From NCBI RefSeq assembly GCF_964204645.1, contig NC_134027.1:1-64000 (forward strand): a stretch of DNA of 64,000 nt, read 5' to 3'. The notes under the pieces are model-generated. The model was given only the letters and a program-made list of their open reading frames with translations, was not told the origin of the DNA and did no database searches. A program made the position numbers and the translations under genes. The stretch is from Tubulanus polymorphus (taxonomy: Eukaryota > Animalia > Nemertea). Below are positions 1-12,358 of this stretch, piece by piece (the stretch's first letter is position 1; each line of letters begins with the position of its first letter).

Positions 1-2040
1 GGGACTGGAGTGGATAGGGCTGGAGTAGAGGGGGTTAATAGGGACTGGAGTGGATAGGGCTGGAGTGGAGAGGGTTAATAGGGACTGGAGTGGATAGGGC
101 TGGAGTAGAGGGGGTTAATAGGGACTGGAGTGGATAGGGCTGGAGTAGAGGGGGTTAATAGGGACTGGAGTGGATAGGGCTGGAGTAGAGGGGGTTAATA
201 GGGACTGGAGTGGATAGGGCTGGAGTAGAGGGGGTTAATAGGGACTGGAGTGGATAGGGCTGGAGTAGAGGGGGTTAATAGGGACTGGAGTGGATAGGGC
301 TGGAGTAGAGGGGGTTAATAGGGACTGGAGTGAAGAGGGTTGATAGGGACTGGAGTGGATAGGGCTGGAGTAGAGGGGGTTGATAGGGACTGGAGTGGAT
401 AGGGCTGGAGTAGAGGGGGTTAATAGGGACTGGAGTGGATAGGGCTGGAGTAGAGGGGGTTAATAGGGACTGGAGTGGATAGGGCTGGAGTAGAGGGGGT
501 TGATAGGGACTGGAGTGGATAGGGCTGGAGTAGAGGGGGTTGATAGGGACTGGAGTGGATAGGGCTGGAGTAGAGGGGGTTAATAGGGACTGGAGTGGAT
601 AGGGCTGGAGTAGAGGGGGTTAATAGGGACTGGAGTGGAGAGGGTTGATTGGGACTGGAGTGGATAGGGCTGGAGTAGAGGGGGTTAATAGGGACTGGAG
701 TGGATAGGGCTGGAGTAGAGGGGGTTAATAGGGACTGGAGTGGATAGGGCTGGAGTAGAGGGGGTTAATAGGGACTGGAGTGGAGAGGGTTGATTGGGAC
801 TGGAGTGGATAGGGCTGGAGTAGAGGGGGTTAATAGGGACTGGAGTGGATAGGGCTGGAGTAGAGGGGGTTAATAGGGACTGGAGTAGAGGGGGTTAATA
901 GGGACTGGAGTGGATAGGGCTGGAGTGGAGAGGGTTAATATGGACTGGAGTGGAGAGGGTTAATAGGGACTGGAGTGGATAGGGCTGGAGTAGAGGGGGT
1001 TAATAGGGACTGGAGTGGATAGGGCTGGAGTGGAGAGGGTTAATATGGACTGGAGTGGAGAGGGTTAATAGGGACTGGAGTGGATAGGGCTGGAGTAGAG
1101 GGGGTTAATAGGGACTGGAGTGGATAGGGCTGGAGTGGAGAGGGTTAATAGGGACTGGAGTGGATAGGGCTGGAGTAGAGGGGGTTAATAGGGACTGGAG
1201 TGGATAGGGCTGGAGTAGAGGGGGTTAATAGGGACTGGAGTGGATAGGGCTGGAGTAGAGGGGGTTAATAGGGACTGGAGTGGATAGGGCTGGAGTAGAG
1301 GGGGTTGATAGGGACTGGAGTGGATAGGGCTGGAGTAGAGGGGGTTGATAGGGACTGGAGTGGATAGGGCTGGAGTAGAGGGGGTTAATAGGGACTGGAG
1401 TGAAGAGGGTTGATAGGGACTGGAGTGGATAGGGCTGGAGTAGAGGGGGTTGATAGGGACTGGAGTGGATAGGGCTGGAGTAGAGGGGGTTAATAGGGAC
1501 TGGAGTGGATAGGGCTGGAGTAGAGGGGGTTAATAGGGACTGGAGTGGATAGGGCTGGAGTAGAGGGGGTTGATAGGGACTGGAGTGGATAGGGCTGGAG
1601 TAGAGGGGGTTGATAGGGACTGGAGTGGATAGGGCTGGAGTAGAGGGGGTTAATAGGGACTGGAGTGGATAGGGCTGGAGTAGAGGGGGTTAATAGGGAC
1701 TGGAGTGGAGAGGGTTGATTGGGACTGGAGTGGATAGGGCTGGAGTAGAGGGGGTTAATAGGGACTGGAGTGGATAGGGCTGGAGTAGAGGGGGTTAATA
1801 GGGACTGGAGTGGATAGGGCTGGAGTAGAGGGGGTTAATAGGGACTGGAGTGGAGAGGGTTGATTGGGACTGGAGTGGATAGGGCTGGAGTAGAGGGGGT
1901 TAATAGGGACTGGAGTGGATAGGGCTGGAGTAGAGGGGGTTAATAGGGACTGGAGTGGATAGGGCTGGAGTGGAGGGGGTTAATAGGGACTGGAGTGGAT
2001 AGGGCTGGAGTAGAGGGGGTTAATAGGGACTGGAGTGGAT
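1..2040. repeat. G-rich 40-bp minisatellite (gggactggagtggatagggctggagtagagggggttaata)n
   Basis: Unit repeats directly from the window start to about 2040, with shorter variants (e.g. tggagagggttgatt); lies in the large synapsin intron. Confidence 0.97.
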
Positions 2041-3624
2041 AAATTCAGGAGGGCTGATAAATTCAGTTAAGGTTGTGTTTGAAGCAGCGCCAATAAAAGT
2101 TTCCTCGAGTAAAGAGTTTATTGAGGTGGAATAAAGAGATGATGTATTTACGTTGCGTTGGGAAGTACACGGATTGTAGAAGTTCAAGTTGCTATGGATT
2201 CTAATGTTATTATTTCTGCGGTTTTTCGGTAGCATTTTCTACTGACTGTTAATAATGAATAATCGATATATCTATAAAGATGAAGTGAAAGTTGATTTAT
2301 GAAGGGTGTGGTCCCTGTAAACCCCCACTTCCTCATATTATACCATTCATCATTCATCATCATTTCCTGCGTATGATTTTTTTTCGTTTCTATATTTTTC
2401 ATTTCATTCTGTTTTTTTGTTGTTTGTTTTTTTCTGCTCGTGTTGCTGCTGCAGCTCACTGGGAATAGCGTTGACCAATCACAGTCACAACAGGTGAACT
2501 ACCATACTTTTCATTTTATCGATCTTTTGAAATCTTTCAAGTATTTGACTCTATGTAGTATGCTTGAAGAGAACCGTGTTCGTTCCATTGAATCCTATAA
2601 AAGTCATTAGAATTTTGCAAAATTACCAAATTTCACTCCTTCCAACTCCTGGAAACGGAAGAGGTCCTTGTAGTGCCGGGAGGTCCTCGTGATGCAGGAG
2701 AGGTGCTCCTAGTGTAGATGAGGTCATCCCGGTGCAGATGAGGTCCTCACGAGGCCGGATAGAGGCAGTGTCCTCATTGATTCATTTTGAGTTTAGCATA
2801 CTACATATTTCAATACCCCCTGCTCTGAATTTCTCAACCTTGCAAGGTTTGAATGTAAAAAGCACTAAGTCCTCATCAGTCCTGTTTTATTGTAGTCTAA
2901 AGTCAATCTAACTGCAATATTGCACCCCCCTCCCCGCACCCCCCTCCCCCGCCCTTTGTAACACTGCCACTATTTGAACTAACATATACCTAGGGATATC
3001 TAAAATGCAAGTTCATTTATAAAGCACTTTAGATTTATTTGAATTAATGAAGTTTTGTAAAACCACAATTTACTAACATTCTGTAGGAATGATAAACCAT
3101 GCCACTTCACTACATTATAATAGATGATCTCTGTATATTTATAACTGCTCCACTTCAGTTGGCATTTGTCGCCCATTGGTATTTTTTTGGATTGACAATA
3201 GAACGGTCTATACCTCGTCCAACACGACAGGTTTGAATATTAAAATCACTGCAGTAATTTTTACGCTTGTTTTTTCTCTCTTTCCTCTTTCTTTTTATCC
3301 TCTCTCTCTTTATCCATCATTCTCCAATTTATTTCTGATGTTTTTTCGATTTTCTGATATTTAAAATGTTCTCTCTCCTCTCTCTCCCTCCTCTCTCTTC
3401 CTCTCTCTCTCCTTTGATCAGTGAATTCGAACAGAAGACAGGAAAAAGAAGTAATTTTCACTGATTACGTTATTTTTAATGATTTGAAGAATTTACAGTT
3501 CATATCGATATAAGACTAGAATATAAGAATCATCCATTTTATCTGTAGAGTTTAAAGATCATACATTGCAATGACTATAAGATGGTTTCTGGGCAGTCAT
3601 CCCTCGAGGCCCTATAAGACTGCT

Positions 3625-3890
3625 CTCAAGTTGTTATAGTTACTCTAGTGAATACAGATACAAGTTGGTCTTAAAGTTAGATTGATTATAGAACCAAGAT
3701 GGGCTTTAAACTGGTCTTAGGTTGTTACTGTAATGGGTTTACACTGCTCCAAAGTTGTTATAGTTACTCTAGTGAATACAGATACAAGTTGGTCTTAAAG
3801 TTAGATTGATTATAGAACCAAGATGGGCTTTAAACTGGTCTTAGGTTGTTACTGTAATGGGTTTACACTGCTCCAAAGTTGTTAGATTAG
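3625..3890. repeat. ~124-bp tandem duplication of a MITE-derived segment
   Basis: aagttgttatagttactctagtgaatacagatacaagttggtcttaaag occurs at about 3628 and 3752; shares the ctggtctta/tatagaacc motifs of the abundant local MITE family. Confidence 0.7.
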
Positions 3891-5397
3891 CTAGAAATCT
3901 AATCCAGAATCTGTTAATACACATAGCTGATATAAGAGCAATCCTGATTGGTCAGTCAGCTGAAGTCTCTGATTGGCCAACATGAAGTGGTCTGCTAACC
4001 CTAGGGTTACTGTGATTGGCTAACCCTAGGTATCCACATTGACCTAGTAGTCAGCTAGGGTTGCTGTGATTGGCTAACCCTAGTAGCTGGTCACTCAGTG
4101 GTGGTCATATGACCTCAGTGAGTGAGTGGTGATCAGGTGTCACATACTATTACCTACTGGCAGTTGTAAACAGCTGATTTAGGGCCCCATTCAGCCAGGT
4201 CATACAGTCTATACTGAATATAGAGTCATCTAGTTAATAAATGAATAATATTGTTGTGCGGTCTTTAGCTGTGAGATTGGTTATAGAACCAAAATGTGCC
4301 CAGACTGGTCTTAAGTTGTAAGATTGGTTATAGAACCAAAATGAGCTCAGACTGGTCTTAAAAAATGTAAGATTGGTTATAGAACCAAAATAAGGTCTTA
4401 AGTTGTATGATTGGCTATAGAGCCGAAATGAGATTATAGATTGGTCTTATAAGCTTGGCTAAATGACTGTGCAACCTCCTTGGTCTGCCTTGATCCAACA
4501 TTAGTCCAAAAGTAGCCTTGAAGCTTGTAACATTAGTTTCAGAATTATAGCCTTGTCAAAATCTTGATGACAATTTCAACTCTGGAATTGACCAGAACAG
4601 GAGCAACATTTTCATATCTAAATGGTGTTTAGGATTTATTATGATTTCAATAGACTTAAGTTTAATGCAGTCCATATATAAAACTGTCCTTCAGCTTCAA
4701 CGTAGATCTCTAACTCTTTATTACAGACTTATATTTCAAGTTACTTCTATTTACAGTTCACATACATCAAAAAGCATAATTAAATTCTGTAGTTGAAAAA
4801 TGGAAAAAAGATTAATGATTATTTCTATCTACCATTATATACAAATAGCTGAAGTTGTTATATCATCCTCGCTACTAAATGAGTATAAGAGATGTCTTAG
4901 ATTTTGGCTTATTAAAGTTATTATATACGGACATTAATATTCCTATCATATACACCCTTACATCAGAAGTCACGAGTACAACATCATTTTCATTATAAGC
5001 CATGGCAACTGGATCTGTGGAAACTCCTGCAACCAATTCAGATAAATAAATATTTGTATTAATGACGAATGTTCTGGTATTTGACACGGATTCTATCTGA
5101 ACCTCTGAATTGACTCGGTCTGTTTAGTTCATTACGATGTTGACTCGAGACAAGCTTCAATTTGATGAACTCATTATCATCAGGTTATTTACAAGTTCTC
5201 AATTTTCATTCCAATAATAATGACTAGCGAACTGTGGGTAAAAAACGTTTTGGTGAAACCAGTCTTGGAACTTGGTTTCGTGACTTGGATGGTATCCCAG
5301 AGCTGAACTTCAGGACTTCGAGTTCCCTGGATTAGTTTTCCGTGATTTGAGTGCTCAGAACTGGATTTCATGACTTGAGTTCGCGGGATCGTGTTTC

Positions 5398-5542
5398 AGG
5401 GGTCAGTTCCATAGTCATGGCTTTTAGACTTAAGACCAGTCTAAGACCATGTTAGTTCTTTAGCCAATCTAACAACTTAAGGCCAGTCTTAAGACTTAAG
5501 CCAATATTTTAACTTAAGTCTCGACTGTGGAACTGGCCCCAG
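5398..5542. mobile_element. ~145-bp MITE (PIF/Harbinger-like), 'gacttaagaccagtctaagacc' family
   Basis: Termini ggggtcagttccatagtc ... gactgtggaactggcccc are inverted repeats. Related copies at about 4270-4470, 8420-8530, 14017-14281 (two), 17060-17330 (two) and 40820-40930. Superfamily is inferred from the GGG termini only. Confidence 0.7.
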
Positions 5543-6175
5543 GACTTGATTGCCAAGAGCTGGACACCATGACTCGGGAATAACTATAAAGCTGCAATTC
5601 TTTCAACTCACAAAACTGTAGAACCATTGAACTGTGTGGTTGATGCTCTATTCAGAGATTGTTAATTGTTACCTTTGATTGTAACTGTGATAGTGATTTA
5701 TTGTGATAAATGATGATCGTTGAGAGATTAATTCCTGACTCTAAACGAGACTGTGAATTCAGTATGAAGATTACACCATTAATTCTCAATTAATCGCTCA
5801 TTCCTAGACAACTCTTACATCGACTCTCGCAGAGAAATAGATAAATAGATTCATCTTTAGAGCCTTATTTTCAACTGGCTGATGAATTGATAAATGTAGA
5901 TTAACAAATATATTATCATTACATGAATTCGCTCAAATTCTTTAAGTCAAATTCAAGTATGAAAGTGAGCGTGATTGGCTGTAACCCTAGGCTAACAGTG
6001 GCTAAACCTAGGTTATCCTGTGATAGGCTAAAACCCTAGGGTTACTGCAATTGGCTGTTACCCTAGGGTACCCTAGGCTAACAGTGGCTAACATTAGGTT
6101 ATCCTGTGATGTAACGTCAGTTGCTGGTGGGTTAAAGGTTATCCTGTGATGTAACGTCAGTCTCTGGTGGGTTTA

Positions 6176-9100
6176 TTACGGTTCTCTGTAATACTCCTCT
6201 TTACGTTTGCGGCTACAAGTACGAAATGCGTTGTTCTCCATCCAGCGACACTTTCCATTTTTCCTCTGCGTACAGATACCATGGCGATCGTAACAATCGG
6301 ATGCGTAGTGCCATTTCGGTACGTAGCATGCCCCGGACGCCGGCTGGCAGCCATTATGATTCCAGCATTGCTCGATCTGTGATAACGGAAATAGAAATGG
6401 TTGTTACGGCGACACGTAGCGCAATAAAACATATTGTTAACGATGATGGTTCGCTCGTTAAGGGTTCGTTAGTTCAGGATTAATTGAATATCTGATTGAT
6501 TTATTTACACTCAGATTAGTTTTATCCTGGATCAGAGAGGGAAGAAGATATTAGAATTAAACCCTTCGATCGAGTCAGTAACTTTAGATCCACCCAAAAT
6601 CTGGGTCTGGAAAAGTTATGAAATTGGGAAACCCGTTAGAACCCTGAGTTAGGATTTGACTTTAAAGCTAACAATATTGGAAATGAACTAAACGAAAGCT
6701 ATATTCCAGGGGCCACTTTCTTCTCTCGATTATAAGTTATTTGCCTCAGTTTAAAGTTTAAATCTTTTCATTCCAAATGTTTTAACTCTAGAATCAAATA
6801 CTGTAGAACTCGATGTATTACTGTATAGCGATTACACGATTACAGATTTATTGTATTGATTACCTGACAGCCATGATTGCAATAATTTTTATATTTCTTG
6901 ATAGTTTTTTTCTCCAATACGCTCAATTCGGACCATTTCACCCAGTAATTACACAGATTGATGTGAGCTTTACCGTTCAGGAATCGACCGGTCACCAGGT
7001 ATTTCTCATTCACCGTGAAGTCTGGAAGTCCGCACATCGCCGAGCTGCTAGGAGTTCTAATCTCCGTTACATTTCCCTTATAATTCGACAACTGAAAATA
7101 ATAACACAATTTATACTCATATTAACCCTTTAACCCTTTCAGTGCTGACTGATTAATACCCTATAGCGCTGGAGATAATTTGAAGATTTTGAAAAATTCC
7201 ACCCTAGTGTGTTAAATAACGGGAATACCACTATAGTGCGTCTACACCGGGGTGCGGTGTATCGTTAGTTACTAGTATTTCACTATGTTTGACAGGTGCT
7301 GCCTTTTTTATAGATATAAACTAATTACATCAATACACTGCAGTGCAGTGTACTAGCAACTACCCCGATTCATACAGTAGATGCACTGAAAGGGTTAATA
7401 CCTGAAAGTGCTGGAGATAATTTCACCCTAGAGTGTGTTGAATATATGGGTATATGAGAGTATCAGATCATCGAGAATTATCCAATCAAAAGGCAACAGT
7501 CTGAGGGGGCTGTATGAAGGCTACAGATAGCACTGATATCTAGCCCAATTTACCCAATGATAATACTGTCAAAACTATATGTGAGCAAAATATCTATCAG
7601 AGCATGAGAATGAAAGAGAAGTGATTCGTTTGTGACCTTGACTATTGTAAATCAACTCAACTCATCAGAGACAAATATAAACTACCAGCAGTTAAAGCTT
7701 CACAGTCGAGTTGCTCTAATCCTAATGAATTCCTTTGGTGACATTCCATACTTCTTCATAGATTTACTCAGATTATGTTTGTATATAGATGCTCTCGGAG
7801 TGGTTGACTTTACTCCGAGTTGGTTTAGTATAAGGTTGATATTGATCGTCGGAGCTGTGTAAACTGTTCCAAACAATGATAGGAAACCTATGAAGGAACT
7901 CGACTAAGAAATTTCCTCTGTTCTGGAAGTTCTCTCTGTCCTGGAAAACATTTTGGTCTTATTACCAAAGTCAACTATATGAGTTAAGGCCTCCCTCCTC
8001 TCTCCTCTCACCCCTCTCTCCTCTCTCCCCTCTCCTCTCTCTTCTCTCCCCTCTCTCCTCTCTCCCCTCTCTCCTACCTATCCCTTCTCTCTCCTCTCCA
8101 CCCTCACCCCCCCAGGCTCGGGTTTTTGTTACGTACCTTGTATATTTTCTGTACTTTCACTGCGTAAGACATGAGGTAAGGGGTCTGATGTACTACATCG
8201 TTGTTTAACGTTTCTTTCGAGCGAATTCGAACTTTTAAAACTAAAAAAAAAAGAAAAAATGTTTTTCATTTTGATTTATGTGTCACAATGTGTGATGTTA
8301 ACCATAAGAGCACCTGTTTACAGTGTGAATAGAGTTAATCATTAACAAGAACAGAACCTCCTTTACTCTCACCCTGTCCCTAGATTACCGCTATATAACT
8401 ATATATATCACTATTCACAGTCTAGTTGCATAGTCGTGACCTAAGTCCATAAGTGGTCTTAAATCTTAAAGACTGGTCTTAAGTTGTGAGATTGGCTAAA
8501 CAGTATCATCTTAGAGACTGAAACTGTGTGAGCAACAGACCCGGAACTCGATGAGGTGCCGTGGTAACAATCATCGCTGGTGCATTCATTATTGAATCTT
8601 TCTATTTGCCGATTGATTATCAGTCACAGTTACCGTGGTAACCACGCTGACCTCGCGGCAACAATAGGTCGAACCGGTCTGAACCGGTCTGTCCGTTCAT
8701 ATCAGTGTTGAGTGTGAGTGAAACTAGAAATAGCGGTGCAGACGTCTTCACTAGAAATAATGATAAAACTGTCGTCTTATCGATTACTCAGCTTATTATT
8801 TATAGAATCCTAATAACCATATATGGTAAGGGGGTCAACTCTTACGGGAGGTTCACTAATTTGTGACCATATATGGGGTCTCTCCCCTCTCCCTCTCTCC
8901 CTCTCTTCCTCCCTCTCTTCCTCTCTTCCTCTCTCCCTCTCTCCCTCTCTTCCTCTCTCCCTCTCTTCCTCTCTCCCTCTCTTCCTCTCTTCCTCTCTCC
9001 CTCTCTTCCTCTCTCCCTCTCTTCCTCTCTTCCTCTCTCCCTCTCTTCCTCTCTTCCTCTCTCCCTCTCTCCCTCTCTTCCTCTCTCCCTCTCTTCCTCT

Positions 9101-10329
9101 CTCCCTCTCTTCCTCTCTTCCTCTCTCCCTCTCTTCCTCTCTCCCTCTCTTCCTCTCTCCCTCTCTTCCTCTCTTCCTCTCTCCCTCTCTTCCTCTCTCC
9201 CTCTCTTCCTCTCTTCCTCTCTCCCTCTCTTCCTCTCTTCCTCTCTCCCTCTCTCCCTCTCTTCCTCTCTCCCTCTCTTCCTCTCTCCCTCTCTTCCTCT
9301 CTTCCTCTCTCCCTCTCTCCCTCTCTTCCTCTCTCCCTCTCTTCCTCTCTTCCTCTCTTCCTCTCTCCCTCTCTTCCTCTCTTCCTCTCTCCCTCTCTCC
9401 CTCTCTTCCTCTCTCCCTCTCTTCCTCTCTCCCTCTCTTCCTCTCTTCCTCTCTCCCTCTCTCCCTCTCTTCCTCTCTCCCTCTCTTCCTCTCTTCCTCT
9501 CTTCCTCTCTCCCTCTCTCCCTCTCTTCCTCTCTCCCTCTCTCCCTCTCTTCCTCTCTCCCTCTCTTCCTCTCTCCCTCTCTTCCTCTCTTCCTCTCTCC
9601 CTCTCTCCCTCTCTTCCTCTCTCCCTCTCTTCCTCTCTTCCTCTCTTCCTCTCTCCCTCTCTCCCTCTCTTCCTCTCTCCCTCTCTCCCTCTCTTCCTCT
9701 CTCCCTCTCTTCCCCTCTCCCTCTCTTCCTCTCTCCCTCTCTTCCCCTCTGATAATAATTATAATAATAATAATAATTTATTATATAGCGCGCAGGACTG
9801 TAAAAATAATCACAATGCTTTAAAACACAATAGATTCCATATCAAAAACGTAAATTAGATTCGAATTAGAAATATATAAGTCTAAAAAGGTAGGTTTTAA
9901 GATTACGTTTTGATGGATTTAGACTCTATTAAAGAAATAGGAAGAGAATTGTGTCAGCGCCGCGACAAACTTACTCTGTAGAGTCAGTGCTACGAGCGAT
10001 CATCTCAACTCAATGAGGTGATCGCTCGTTTAGGAGCATGAACGACGAGCAGGTGTGTGGAGCAGTGTCCTATCACGCTACGTTTATATAAACAAAGTAA
10101 CTCTTAAAGATTGTTGTTGTTAAGACATTTCTCTCCCCTCTTTCCATTCCTCATCCTCCATCTCCTCCCTCCTCTCCCCTCCTCCCTCCTCTCCCCCTCC
10201 TCTCTGTATCTTACCATAGTCTGATTTACAGAAATGTCGTTGAGGATGGGCTGATATGCACGAACAAGCATCAGCATCCCGTTGCCAGGTAACGATCGTC
10301 AGTAACAACAAATAGAATAGCGGTTTCAT
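6176..10329 (-). CDS. TIMP: Tissue inhibitor of metalloproteinases (about 215 aa, secreted), nested antisense in a synapsin intron
   Basis: Exons complement(10215-10329, 8137-8240, 6864-7091, 6176-6376), all GT-AG and in frame (648 nt). Signal peptide [21 protein letters not shown], then [61 protein letters not shown]-terminal Cys-rich domain ending YYREP*. Confidence 0.95.
7130..7398. mobile_element. piggyBac-like MITE
   Basis: TTAA|CCCTTTCAGTG ... CACTGAAAGGG|TTAA, i.e. TTAA target duplication plus CCC/GGG TIRs; second copy at 35590-35881. Confidence 0.85.
8880..9750. repeat. CT-rich low-complexity microsatellite (ctctctcc/ctctcttc 8-mers)
   Basis: Pure pyrimidine tract in a TIMP intron; source of the spurious S/L/P ORFs. 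Confidence 0.97.
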
Positions 10330-11149
10330 CTTCGGTTTCCTCTTCTAATACCGAGAAAATCTTCTGGTAATCTGTAAAATGATTTTTGTAAGCGAGGTTT
10401 ATACGTGTGATTAAACACAAGATAAACAGTTTTTCACACCGGTTTCGAGAGGAGAATTTCACATCTTACAATTTAGAATCTCAAAATCCACTTTTAAAGA
10501 AAGAAGTTCAATTATTTTAAATAGAGTGAGAATTCTCGCTGTAACTGTCATTACCTTGACGAATTACATTTAGTTAATTGAATTGGAAATACAAAAATAG
10601 AGATGACATCAGTAATCTGGCGACTTAACCAAGATTCTTCAGTAGCATATATCGCTGTAGGGGTAGCTTTTAATCACAATATATGGTAGTAAATGTTGGG
10701 ACTGATGTTTTTATTTCACAGTTCTCGATGGCAATGTAACCACTGCTTTCGTGTTGAGACCAAGTTTTTGATTCAATACCGATAGAATTTCAAACCTGAT
10801 GAATGTGTATCTGACTAATCTATACTTAATTCTGTAGATTATATCAAATAGAATATGAAATCCAACACTAAGATTAAAGTTTCCTTGAGTTAATATTTAT
10901 TCTACGTTTTGACTTTATCCCGTTTTGTCACATCAGCAACACTCCTTTTATTATGAAATGCTCTTGAGTCCGTGTTGTTAAAAGATGATATGAAATCCCT
11001 GCGCACTAAGAATTTATATAGACGTTTTAGATGAAGTCATTTTCAGGAATAAACATGAATCTCATTGTTTAGTTATATTCATATATATATATATATATAT
11101 ATAGTTATGCGCCTGATAATCCGGCTAAATTTACAACTAATTCACTTAC

Positions 11150-11265
11150 CTCAAATCTTCCGATGAAACACAATCTCTTATGATTGTCAGTGTACGGGTA
11201 CGTAGGTTTTATTCTAATCCCCGCGTGTGGGGGATCGGATGAAAATATCTTTATAAAATTCCCCA
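11150..11265 (-). promoter_or_regulatory. Putative TIMP non-coding first exon and core promoter
   Basis: Minus-strand donor GAG|GTAAGT at 11150/11149 and a matching acceptor ttttacag at about 10372, upstream of the ATG. TATA-like TTTATAAA with an abutting GGGGAATTTT at 11250-11264. Confidence 0.45.
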
Positions 11266-12358
11266 AGTTTTTCTATCTATAACTCCGCATTGCGTAGTTA
11301 CATTCCTGACTTGTGATACATGAACCAGTTCTGTGTGTGTGTGTATCAGTATTTGTTTCTACTGCTGCCCACATTTTATTATCATTATTAAAAAACGCCG
11401 GTTATATTTTCCTGCGCTCCGCGCCGCGCCGAGCTCTCAACGCGTAATTGGCAACTATTTCGTGTCAAACAATTATCAGTGATTCGGTATTATCGTCGAG
11501 TTGGGAATAGACGCAGTTTGATTGGGTGAAATTATACCCTAATATCTCCGGGAAATGACGGCGTAATTATTGACTCGGGTTCCAATTAAGGTTGTAACGT
11601 TTGGAGAGATCGCGCGAGACAGACGACTCCCAGACCGTGACTACTTTCATTTCTTCTCTGAATTTATGCGACTTCTTGAAATACGACTTACGTGAGTCAT
11701 GAAACACGGTTACTTAATTTTTTCGCGATGACTCGTCAATGATTTTTTGCGTCACGTTTTCGTTCAGACTGCAGCATTTTTCTTCGTGCTGTAAGTTTTT
11801 ATTTTGCGTAGTTCTGGCCATTTATTTAACGTGCGCATTAGTGAAAGTTTTTCATCCAGTCATCGGGATCAAACGCAGTTTACCCAGTTCACAGTCACAG
11901 TAATGAATCTCAGCGTAAATATCAAACACTTCTCTAGATGGCGCTTCCAGCTATTTCTACTCGCTGTCTCTATTTGCGAATGTTGGTGAAAAGTTCTCTT
12001 TCTATTTAATGAAAATCTCTCTCTTTTTCTAAAACGTTTTCTTTCTGTCTCTTCGCGTGAAACACATCTCATTCTATCTCAATCTATGTTTAAGTATTTT
12101 ACACTATGTCCGATTTTCGACAGTTTTGAATTTGGAATTTACTCGTGCCTGTCTGCATGGTTCTGTGTTGTTGTAACCGTCCAAATTTATACTAATCTAA
12201 TTCTCATGATGTAATAATAATCTTGTATATTACCATTCCAGCCACAAAGTATTGGGAGGTTCTGTCGGGGGTTTTACAGATGACCAATAGAGGGCGCATT
12301 GTCCCGAGGAAATATTCCACGCCCGATTATTTCTGACTATTTATATTTTCAATTTCAG

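Noticed and set aside
2020-2760. Short minus-strand ORFs and a gaggtcct-rich patch as a possible second nested gene
   Set aside because: No recognisable protein motif or consistent splice structure.
7700-7945. Minus-strand frame containing VYTAPT, reminiscent of a TIMP alternative exon
   Set aside because: Lacks the following conserved CG and other cysteines, has no clean splice pair, and the TIMP model is complete without it.
8823-9858. Long S/L/P ORFs
   Set aside because: Translation of a CT microsatellite, open in all frames.
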